The position numbers were made by a program, and so were the translations under genes. A stretch of DNA of 64,000 bases from an uncultured Candidatus Saccharibacteria bacterium (GTDB lineage: Bacteria; Patescibacteriota; Minisyncoccia; Phycocordibacterales; UBA9973), in contig CAYREQ010000003.1 in NCBI GenBank assembly GCA_964423445.1, positions 821 through 64,820 on the forward strand, read 5' to 3'. Below are positions 46,103 to 54,162 of the stretch, in pieces. Below the pieces are notes generated by a model. It was not told the DNA's origin and ran no database searches. It saw only the letters and a list, made by a program, of their open reading frames with translations. Every line of letters starts with the position of its first letter. The stretch's first letter is position 1.

Positions 46103-46654
46103 TTAAATTATTTTTGGGTTAAGATTTTTAATAAGTGAGGGTTCTTCTTTTCTTTTTCTTTTCTTAATTAAAAACTTATATATGGCGGGAGATAAGACCA
46201 TGGCAAAAGTAATGTTTCCTAAGAGATGTAAAATCGTAAACGGTATTTGTCCGACTAGTGTACTAGTGAATGATTGATTGAAAAATATCGGACCGACAGT
46301 AAGTCCAGTAGCTATATCAAAAAATAAAGTGCCGAACACAGCGAAACGTACAAAATTCCATACATTTGCTTCTCTTTTCTTAAAATATAGTGCAGAAAAT
46401 AATCCTAATACTCCGTAAGCTCCTAAAGTAAAGAATGTCTGGATACCAATTGTGTTTGTAAGTAAGTCATAAAGAAAAATGCTGAGAACAGCAAAAGAAA
46501 TACTCATAAACATTCCAAACTTTTTACTAAATGGCATCATTGTCGCCAAAATCGGTTCCACATTTGGAGCACGTAGTGGAATAAGTCGCACCAATAAACA
46601 CACAAAAAGGCCGACGAAATATTTGAAGTAATTATTTTTTAGCGTAGCTTCCAT
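46103..46654 (-). CDS. small polytopic membrane protein (about six TM), possible vitamin-transporter substrate-binding (S) component-like
   Basis: 183 aa and highly hydrophobic, immediately upstream of nrdJ in the same orientation. The ECF-S/BtuM-like assignment is an inference from size, topology and context only. Confidence 0.3.
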   Translation of the reverse strand: MEATLKNNYFKYFVGLFVCLLVRLIPLRAPNVEPILATMMPFSKKFGMFMSISFAVLSIFLYDLLTNTIGIQTFFTLGAYGVLGLFSALYFKKREANVWNFVRFAVFGTLFFDIATGLTVGPIFFNQSFTSTLVGQIPFTILHLLGNITFAMVLSPAIYKFLIKKRKRKEEPSLIKNLNPKII

Positions 46655-46803
46655 GGATAACTATTATACACGAAAGTTCGCCCAAAAAATGTGGATAACC
46701 CTCTTTTTTTAGAGAAATTTTACAGAACAAAACACAGAAAAATAGTTGTCAAAAAAAACGACGGTAAAGCCATATATAATCGTTTATTTTTTTATTGAAA
46801 TTG

Positions 46804-46877
46804 TCCGTCCTCTTGGATTCGAACCAAGGACCCCAGAGGTATAAGCTCTGTGCTCTAACCAACTGAGCTAAGGACGG
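46804..46877 (-). tRNA. tRNA-Ile (anticodon TAT)
   Basis: Reverse complement is CCGTCCT-TA-GCTC-AGTTGGTTA-GAGC-A-CAGAG-CTTATAC-CTCTG-GGGTC-CTTGG-TTCGAAT-CCAAG-AGGACGG-A. Anticodon loop positions 34-36 are TAT. Confidence 0.7.
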
Positions 46878-46950
46878 ATGTAAAGCATACGAATACGGGA
46901 AATAAGACAGATAATCAGGAATTTTTGGTTACTTATGTACTATATAAGAC

Positions 46951-48888
46951 CTAACCAACTATTTCAAGTTTTGGTTGTTCTTCTTTTTTCTTTAAAACAA
47001 TGCCGTGAGCTGTCAGTATCTTTTCATATTCTTCTTGTTCTAGTGTCTCTACCTCTACAAGTTTCATTGCGATAGCCTTAAATGCTTTTTTATTTTCATT
47101 TAATACACGCTCTGCTGTCTTTAATCCATCACTTACTATTCTTGAAACTTCAGCATCTACCTTTGTAGCAATATTTTCAGAATATTCTTTTTCTACCATC
47201 TCACCATATTGAGTTCTATTGTTTCCTCCTAGGGTGACAGGACCAATGACATCTGACATTCCCCATCTAGTCACCATAGAGCGAGCTAAATTTGTCGCTA
47301 CTTTCAAATCGCTAGAAGGTCCGGTAGTAATATCTCCAAACATCATTTGCTCGGCCGCATATCCACCTAGAGACATAGCAATGTCATCTATAAATTCTTT
47401 TTTGGATTGTAGTCTTCGCTCTTCTAGTGGAAGTTTTAATGTGTAACCTCCAGCAGTACCACGAGCGATGATAGAAACTTTGTGCACAGGATCAGCAAAA
47501 GGTAATACTGAAGCTACAAGTGCGTGCCCTGCTTCATGATAAGCAGTGATTTCTTTTTCTTTTTTAGAAAGCAAATGACTTTTTCTCTCTGGGCCAAGCA
47601 TGACTTTTTCAATTGCTCGAATCAAATCAAACTGAAAAACTTTTTTACGATTTTCTCTAGCAGCCAATATCGCACCTTCGTTCATGAGTGAATATAAATC
47701 TGCACCAGAAAATCCTGGGGTTCGCTCTGCAATCAATTTTAAATTTATATCTTCAGCGAGTGGTTTTTTCACTGCATGAATTTCAAGTATTGCTTCACGG
47801 TCAGAACGATCTGGTAAATCAAGCATGACCTTTCTATCAAAACGTCCTGGACGAATAAGTGCTGGGTCTAAAACATCTGGTCTATTTGTAGCGGCCATGA
47901 CTATGACTTTGTCATTTGGCTCAAAACCATCCATCTCCACCAATATCTGGTTTAATGTTTGTTCTCTTTCATCGTTTCCTCCTCCAAAACCACCTCCGCG
48001 AGTACGGCCTATAGCATCTATTTCATCTACAAATATGATAGCTGGAGCTGCTTTTTTAGCCATTTTAAACAAATCTCTTACGCGAGAAGCTCCGACACCT
48101 ACAAACATCTCTACGAATTCACTACCAGATAAATGGAAAAAAGGTACTGAAGCTTCCCCTGCTACAGCACGAGCGAGTAGTGTCTTTCCTGTGCCTGGAG
48201 AACCTGTCAGCATCACACCTTTTGGAATTCTAGCTCCAATGTCTAAAAACTTTTTTGGGCTCTTTAAAAAGTCTACTATTTCTTTCAATTCTTCTTTGGC
48301 TTCTTTACATCCAGCTACATCTTTAAAAGTGACTCGGCTATTTTTGTCATTTGGGTCTGTGATGCGAGCTTTAGATTGACCAAAAGTCATGGCTTGGACA
48401 CCAGCACCTTTCATTTGCCTAGAAATATACCAAAAGAAAATTACTATGAACAAAATCGGCAATAAGAAAGGAAGAATATTTAAAAGCCAGAAAGAAAATC
48501 CATTTTCATCTTTTATTTTTATTTGTGTTTGAGACAATGCTTCACCGGTGACACCATAATTGAAAAGCGTCTGTGACAATGAAGAACCTACCTCTTTTTT
48601 AGATTTCTTTACCTCGTCATTTGTATAAGTGATAGACAGTGTGTCTCCTTCTACTAAAATCTCTCTTACCTCTCCCACAGACACGCTATTTGCCAAATCA
48701 GAAATTGAAACTTCGGGAGTTTTTTTATTGTTTCCAGAAACTAATATATAAACAGCCGTAATCAGCATGAATACAAATACTGCACCCAAAATACTAGTAG
48801 ACAATTTTGTCTCTCTTTTTTTCTTGCCACCATTTTGACCAACTTTTTTCTTTAGAAAATTAAAATCCATTTCGTAATGATAGCACAA
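46951..48888 (-). CDS. ftsH: ATP-dependent zinc metalloprotease FtsH
   Basis: N-terminal TM helices, an AAA module (GSPGTGKT, Walker [10 protein letters not shown]) and HEAGHA zinc-binding motif. Confidence 0.9.
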   Translation of the reverse strand: MCYHYEMDFNFLKKKVGQNGGKKKRETKLSTSILGAVFVFMLITAVYILVSGNNKKTPEVSISDLANSVSVGEVREILVEGDTLSITYTNDEVKKSKKEVGSSLSQTLFNYGVTGEALSQTQIKIKDENGFSFWLLNILPFLLPILFIVIFFWYISRQMKGAGVQAMTFGQSKARITDPNDKNSRVTFKDVAGCKEAKEELKEIVDFLKSPKKFLDIGARIPKGVMLTGSPGTGKTLLARAVAGEASVPFFHLSGSEFVEMFVGVGASRVRDLFKMAKKAAPAIIFVDEIDAIGRTRGGGFGGGNDEREQTLNQILVEMDGFEPNDKVIVMAATNRPDVLDPALIRPGRFDRKVMLDLPDRSDREAILEIHAVKKPLAEDINLKLIAERTPGFSGADLYSLMNEGAILAARENRKKVFQFDLIRAIEKVMLGPERKSHLLSKKEKEITAYHEAGHALVASVLPFADPVHKVSIIARGTAGGYTLKLPLEERRLQSKKEFIDDIAMSLGGYAAEQMMFGDITTGPSSDLKVATNLARSMVTRWGMSDVIGPVTLGGNNRTQYGEMVEKEYSENIATKVDAEVSRIVSDGLKTAERVLNENKKAFKAIAMKLVEVETLEQEEYEKILTAHGIVLKKKEEQPKLEIVG

Positions 48889-48912
48889 AAAACACGAAAA
48901 GTGAAGATGTTT

Positions 48913-49416
48913 TTAATACGGATTTTCTCGTAATTTTAATTTGAAAGCAATAAAACAAGCAAACGGATGAAGGACAAAATTTATAAAAATACTAAGAATA
49001 AAAAAAGTAAATGAAATGTAGCCGAACAAAAGAAATACCACACCTGTGAGTATCATATAATCTCCATGATCTACGACAGGAAGAAATTCTCCATCTTTTT
49101 TGTGCATCCTTCTTTTTATAATACTTCCTAGTGTGTGCCCTATATATACTAAGATTGGAATACTAGCCCACACAAAACTCTCTGTGATAAAAAATAAAAA
49201 TATACTAAAAGTAAAAGAAAGTATAATACCCACGACTGTAGTAGATTCCCCTACCAGTCTATCTTTACCGTATTTTAGACCACCATCTATGGGTTTATCA
49301 AAATTTTTTGTTTTTGGAAAATATCTTTTAATAACATACAAAAAATTTAAAAGAATATTTGATACCCAAACAATAAAAAAATATATTAAAAAATTATTAA
49401 TAGTTTGAGCTATCAT
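48913..49416 (-). CDS. polytopic membrane protein, possible CTP-dependent cytidylyltransferase (CdsA/CarS-like, DUF46)
   Basis: The SIIKRRMHKKDGEFLPVVDHGDY segment loosely resembles the CdsA/CarS C-terminal catalytic motif. Confidence 0.3.
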   Translation of the reverse strand: MIAQTINNFLIYFFIVWVSNILLNFLYVIKRYFPKTKNFDKPIDGGLKYGKDRLVGESTTVVGIILSFTFSIFLFFITESFVWASIPILVYIGHTLGSIIKRRMHKKDGEFLPVVDHGDYMILTGVVFLLFGYISFTFFILSIFINFVLHPFACFIAFKLKLRENPY

Positions 49417-50752
49417 AAAAAGAAGGGTTTAATAAAATATAATTATAAATATTATTTTTCTTTAATTCACCATCTAATACAGATAGTGGCTCTGGAATAC
49501 AATTGTTTATAAAAATATTTAAATCTGTATGCCAATTTTTACCAATTAAAGTTGAATTGCCATTATTTATAACTATGTATTTTGAAGTAGTAGATATCTT
49601 ACTTAAAAGTGGCTTGTCTAAGACAAGAGTGGCTGACACTTTCTCAAAAGGTGCTCGCTCCATACATGTCACACCTGGTACAGTGACCGGCATATAAGTG
49701 ATATTTTTTTCTAACTTTTTAGACACATCAGCAATCGTCCCTGTTTCTTTTATATTTAATATTTCTACCTCCCTATTTTCTTTGTTGTAAACAAAAACCC
49801 TCTCGCCTTCATGTAATACAATATTTGAATAGTTATATATGTCACGGTCACGTACACCTGAAACCCAAAAACTTATTGAAAAAAGTAGGACAAGTGGAAT
49901 AAAAAACTGTAAACGAATTTTTTTCTCTATGCCATAGAGCAATATGGTGTAGAGCAATAACAATACAGACACATAAGCCACGACAAGACCATTGCCATAC
50001 ATAAATGAATCTATATATATACTGAGTGCGACGAGGCTGATTCCGATAAAAGCTAAAAAATAATAAAAATTAATATTTAATTTTCCTTTATTTTGTAAAA
50101 CAAAAAGAATAATGAAAATTATACTGAGATAAAAAGCTTGATTGAATACTCCCCCATCTATGGCTGTCTTAATTAAAGAAAAAGAAATAATGGCATAACC
50201 AATGATTAGAAAAAATTTTTGTCTATTATTTTTATCTTCAGTAAATTTTTTAAAATTTGAAACAAAGTATATTATCGTCTGTAATAATACAGCTACTAAA
50301 AGTATAGCCCCAAATAAAAATACATAGCTTGGGAAAAATCCTATATAAGCACCGCCGGCATCCATCGTCATCAATTGTGTTTTACCAAAAAAAGAAAACA
50401 CTTGCCCAAGAATGCCTTTGGCTATATGTGTATGATATATGACAGAGCTAGAAATTTCTCCATTTTTACCTGTAATGAAAAAATCTGTCAGTGAAAAATT
50501 ATTTATTAGTGTATATGATATCTGGAGTATAAACCCATAAATATAAAGACACAGTATTCCGATAGTAAAATATATCCATTTAAAATTTCTAAAATTATTA
50601 TTTCTAAATAAAAAATAAAGTATTGTTAGCAAGCAAAGATATAAAAGAAAAAGCAAAGCTTTCACTTCGCTTCTACCTCCAGCAAATATATTTACAAAAG
50701 AATATATTGTTTGGAATATCATTATATTAAAATGAGCCAGCCCCAAAACCAA
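49397..50752 (-). CDS. large polytopic membrane protein with C-terminal extracytoplasmic domain (function unknown)
   Basis: About ten TM helices followed by a roughly 150-aa soluble C-terminal domain, immediately downstream of a type IV pilin gene. The start may be at the internal Met at 50722. Confidence 0.35.
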   Translation of the reverse strand: MVLGLAHFNIMIFQTIYSFVNIFAGGRSEVKALLFLLYLCLLTILYFLFRNNNFRNFKWIYFTIGILCLYIYGFILQISYTLINNFSLTDFFITGKNGEISSSVIYHTHIAKGILGQVFSFFGKTQLMTMDAGGAYIGFFPSYVFLFGAILLVAVLLQTIIYFVSNFKKFTEDKNNRQKFFLIIGYAIISFSLIKTAIDGGVFNQAFYLSIIFIILFVLQNKGKLNINFYYFLAFIGISLVALSIYIDSFMYGNGLVVAYVSVLLLLYTILLYGIEKKIRLQFFIPLVLLFSISFWVSGVRDRDIYNYSNIVLHEGERVFVYNKENREVEILNIKETGTIADVSKKLEKNITYMPVTVPGVTCMERAPFEKVSATLVLDKPLLSKISTTSKYIVINNGNSTLIGKNWHTDLNIFINNCIPEPLSVLDGELKKNNIYNYILLNPSFYDSSNY

Positions 50753-51248
50753 AACTCTGAGCCTTTGACTCTAAGTTTTGAGCAAAAATTGCATATGCCC
50801 CAGATCCTAATCCACCAACACCAAAAGACGTACCAGGTGCATTGTATCTATAAGTAAAAAATCCTTTAGAACGATTATTTGCTATTTGTTTGTTAAAACA
50901 AGATATACCACACGGATCTACTGGAAGCTCGGATATGTGGTCGGACAAATCACTCTCTAGGTCTGCCCAAGAAAAAGGAGAAGACCCCATATCATTGGCA
51001 AAGCATCCGGTATCAAAAGCTTCTGGGTCAGAACATGCGGCATTGCCAAAATCAGGTGCGTGCCCGTAATCATAAATATATAATTCTATGGCATTGCGAA
51101 TTTCTTCTATGTCGCGCATCCTTTTAGCATCACGTCCCCTTTCTCTGGCTGAACTTAGAGCCACCATGACTACAGTAGCCAAGAGCCCTATTATCGCAAC
51201 CACAACTAGTAGCTCTATTAAAGTAAAACCTTTTTTATGTGAAGCCAT
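50727..51248 (-). CDS. type IV pilin / pseudopilin (prepilin N-terminal methylation domain)
   Basis: KKGFTLIELLVVVAIIGLLA class III signal and hydrophobic helix. Confidence 0.7.
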   Translation of the reverse strand: MASHKKGFTLIELLVVVAIIGLLATVVMVALSSARERGRDAKRMRDIEEIRNAIELYIYDYGHAPDFGNAACSDPEAFDTGCFANDMGSSPFSWADLESDLSDHISELPVDPCGISCFNKQIANNRSKGFFTYRYNAPGTSFGVGGLGSGAYAIFAQNLESKAQSFGFGAGSF

Positions 51249-51305
51249 ATCTAGATATTATAAATCTATATAATATTATATTCAACTATATGATAAGATT
51301 AATCT

Positions 51306-51752
51306 ATGGCTAATTATGCAGAAAACCGAAAAGCTAGGTTCAACTACGAAATCTTGGAAAAATACGAGGCTGGTATTGAGCTACTTGGTACAGAAGTAAA
51401 GTCTGTACGAGGTGGACAAATGTCTCTAGAGGGAGCTTTTGTACTCGTGCGTGGTGGTGAAGTATTTTTAATCAATGCAAATATACCACCTTATCAAATA
51501 AAAAATGCTCCAAAAGATTATGATCCCCTACGAAACAGAAAACTTCTCTTAACTAAAAAAGAAATTGCTGAACTTGCGACCAGTGAAAAGAATAAGAGTT
51601 TGACAATTGTCCCAATTTCAGTGTATAATAAAGGTAGAAAAATCAAAGTAAACATTGCTCTGGTAAAGGGTAAGAAAAAATTTGATAAACGCGAGACTCT
51701 AAAAAAACGCGACACTGATAGAGAGCTTCGCAGAGAATACAAAGGAAGTTGA
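51306..51752 (+). CDS. smpB: SsrA-binding protein SmpB
   Basis: NRKARFNYEILEKYEAGIELLGTEVKS is the canonical SmpB N-terminus. Confidence 0.85.
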   Translation: MANYAENRKARFNYEILEKYEAGIELLGTEVKSVRGGQMSLEGAFVLVRGGEVFLINANIPPYQIKNAPKDYDPLRNRKLLLTKKEIAELATSEKNKSLTIVPISVYNKGRKIKVNIALVKGKKKFDKRETLKKRDTDRELRREYKGS

Positions 51753-51869
51753 GTGTAGAGAGCAGAACACACACGGACAAGGCTTTCATATTTATATGAT
51801 GGAGGGTGAAACAAACCTGTGGGATGCGTGTGGTGATGTGTTCTGCTCTGTGCATTGAAATTTTAATAT

Positions 51870-52266
51870 GGGGATGCAAGGCATAGACAGTAGGCCTATT
51901 TGTATTGATGCATACCGAGTATGTACGTAATCTCGTAAAAATTCGTACAAATGTTAATTGCAAAATTGACTTCTAAAGTAAAAGCTTCAGCTTCTCCATA
52001 CTTCGGTATGAAGGACTTTGCTTTTGCTCCAGCTTTCGCGTAAGCCAAGCTGGTGTCTATCTTATAGACTTCCGATATATAAGAATAGGCAAAATATTAT
52101 CGGGATAAGGCGTTATCCGCTCGAATATACGCACTAAAACACAGAGCTAGATTAAGGGATATTTGGCGCACTTAAGAATTCTTTAATTTAAACAAAAAAG
52201 TGTGCTAAGTATGTAGATTTCAATATAATAACCTTCTGCACGGGGATTCAATTTCCCCCATCTCCA
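51870..52266 (+). ncRNA. ssrA: tmRNA (SsrA)
   Basis: The 5' GGGGATG pairs with the 3' CATCTCC-A (discriminator). The T-arm is GGGGA-TTCAATT-TCCCC. The internal reading frame GCA AAA TTG ... GCT TTT GCT CCA GCT TTC GCG TAA (tag ending ...FAFAPAFA*) is preceded by a CTCGTAAAAATTCGTACAAATG context resembling E. coli PK1. It lies directly downstream of smpB. Confidence 0.65.
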
Positions 52267-52362
52267 CAGATTTCATAAAAAACCTCTTTTGGTTGACTTT
52301 TAAACCTAAATAAGCTATATTTTAACTAGTTTCAGGTACTTAGCCTGCTACATTTATACCAA

Positions 52363-52869
52363 TTGCGTGAAAGAATAAACAACCAAATAAGGGCTCGTGA
52401 ACTTCGGGTTTTAGATAATGAAAACAAAAATCTAGGAGTTTTGAGTATTAAGGATGCTCTAGAAATGGCGCAAAATATGGGTTTAGACCTTATCGAAATA
52501 GGTCCTACGTCCAATCCCCCGATCGCAAAGATAATGGATTTTGGTAAGTATAAATATGAAGCAAGTAAGAAACAGAAGAAACAGAAAGCAAGTGCAAAAA
52601 ATACAGAAACAAAGTTAGTCCAAGTAAAAATAGGTACGGGAGACCATGACCTAGAGTTAAAAGCTAAAAATGTTTCAAAGTGGCTAAAAGAAGGACATAG
52701 AATAAAAATTGAACTTTTCTTGGCAGGCCGTGCAAAATATATGGATGAAAAATTCCTAAAAGAACGTTTAGATAGAATATTACATTTAATAACTGAGGAT
52801 TATAAAGTATCAGATCCATATAGAAAGGGTCCAAAAGGTTTAACCACAATAATAGAAAAAGCAAAATAA
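52363..52869 (+). CDS. infC: translation initiation factor IF-3
   Basis: RINNQIRARELRVL...LDLIEIGPTSNPPIAKIMDFGKYKYE matches IF-3. The reading frame starts at a TTG with no in-frame ATG, consistent with the atypical infC start codon. Confidence 0.8.
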   Translation: MRERINNQIRARELRVLDNENKNLGVLSIKDALEMAQNMGLDLIEIGPTSNPPIAKIMDFGKYKYEASKKQKKQKASAKNTETKLVQVKIGTGDHDLELKAKNVSKWLKEGHRIKIELFLAGRAKYMDEKFLKERLDRILHLITEDYKVSDPYRKGPKGLTTIIEKAK

Positions 52870-52873
52870 ATTT

Positions 52874-53068
52874 ATGAAGGGAATGAAAACAAATAAATCA
52901 TATAGCAAGAGACTAAAGCTTACAAAAAAAGGTAAAGTAATTGCTCGTAAGCCTGGTTTCAACCATTTCAATGCAAAGCAATCACGAACTTCACAGCTCG
53001 GTGGTCGCAAGAGACAAAATTTTGTAATTAAAAATAAACCAAAGAGTCACCTACTACCATTTAGTTAG
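52874..53068 (+). CDS. rpmI: 50S ribosomal protein L35
   Basis: Basic 64-aa protein with KSYSKRLKLTKKGKVIARKPGFNH, in the infC-rpmI-rplT arrangement. Confidence 0.65.
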   Translation: MKGMKTNKSYSKRLKLTKKGKVIARKPGFNHFNAKQSRTSQLGGRKRQNFVIKNKPKSHLLPFS

Positions 53069-53086
53069 TCGGTAAATAAAAAATAT

Positions 53087-53431
53087 ATGACAAGAGTAAA
53101 AAAGGGAGTACACGCATTAAAAAGAAGAAGAAGCGTCTTGAAGCAGACCAAAGGTATGCGTCATGGTCGCTCTACAAAAGAACGACAAGCAAAAGAAGCT
53201 CTGCTTCATGCTGGTAATTATTCTTTTGCTCACCGAAAAGACAAGAAGTCTCACAACAGAAAGCTTTGGAATATAAAGATAAACGCTGGTAGCCGTGAAC
53301 TTGGTATGTCTTATTCAAAGTTGATGGGTGCATTAAAGGTAAAAAATATAATGCTAGACCGAAAGATACTTTCTGACTTTGCAGAAAATCATCCAAATAC
53401 TTTCGCTAAGGTTCTAGAAGCCGTAAAATAA
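53087..53431 (+). CDS. rplT: 50S ribosomal protein L20
   Basis: MTRVKKGVHALKRRR...RKLWNIKINAGSRELGMSYSKLMGALK matches L20. Confidence 0.85.
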   Translation: MTRVKKGVHALKRRRSVLKQTKGMRHGRSTKERQAKEALLHAGNYSFAHRKDKKSHNRKLWNIKINAGSRELGMSYSKLMGALKVKNIMLDRKILSDFAENHPNTFAKVLEAVK

Positions 53432-53436
53432 ATAAA

Positions 53437-53467
53437 TAAAAAAATCCCCGTTAAGGGGATTTTTTTA
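53437..53467. terminator. bidirectional intrinsic terminator
   Basis: aaaaaaa-atcccc-gttaa-ggggat-ttttttt lies between rplT (+) and the convergent gene ending at 53469. Confidence 0.7.
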
Positions 53468-53468
53468 T

Positions 53469-54083
53469 TTATTTATTTGGTGGAACAATTTTATATTCAG
53501 CTATCTTGTCTTTTTTTACGAGGGCTATAATTTCTTCTATCATCTTCTTGGGGTCAGTCCCTTTGACTATTTTATCATTTGGCCTATTCCCTTTTGCCAA
53601 AATATCTTCTAATTCAGCTCCCATTTCCCAAGGGCCTTCATATATACCTATAGGCTTACCATCTTCAAAAGCTACAGTAAACTCATGTATAGTGCCTATA
53701 CGTCCACAACCACAGATAACAGCATCAGAAGAACGTGTAAGCAACAAATCTCTTCCTGGGTAGCCAAATCCTGTGTATACTATCAAATCCATATAATCGA
53801 GTGGGAGTTTATATGTTTCCACATGTTCTTTCTCGGATGATGCTGGAGACATACCTATAGAAATACCGCCTGCTTCTTTGGCTCCCATAGCAGCCCAAAG
53901 TGGAAAGCCAGTAGTAGCTCCAGTCACAAGCACTGCACCTTGTCTTGCAATCTCTCGGCCGAGCTCTTTTGCTTTTTCGAGTGCATCTACTCCGCAGTGA
54001 CCTGTCTCAGCTGCTCCTGAAACACAAATTTTTATTTGATTGTGTCCGTGTTTGTTTAAAGAATCCAATGTTTTTATATCCAT
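53469..54083 (-). CDS. Rossmann-fold nucleotide-binding protein (LOG/TIGR00725-like)
   Basis: N-terminal ICVSGAAETG and ICGCGRIGTIHEF (PGGxGT-like) segments resemble the LOG/SLOG family. Confidence 0.4.
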   Translation of the reverse strand: MDIKTLDSLNKHGHNQIKICVSGAAETGHCGVDALEKAKELGREIARQGAVLVTGATTGFPLWAAMGAKEAGGISIGMSPASSEKEHVETYKLPLDYMDLIVYTGFGYPGRDLLLTRSSDAVICGCGRIGTIHEFTVAFEDGKPIGIYEGPWEMGAELEDILAKGNRPNDKIVKGTDPKKMIEEIIALVKKDKIAEYKIVPPNK

Positions 54084-54162
54084 ATTTTGATTATATCAAT
54101 GAAACAAACATAATGCAAAATTTGTAAATTTTGCATTATGTTTTTAAAAATAAATTATTTTT

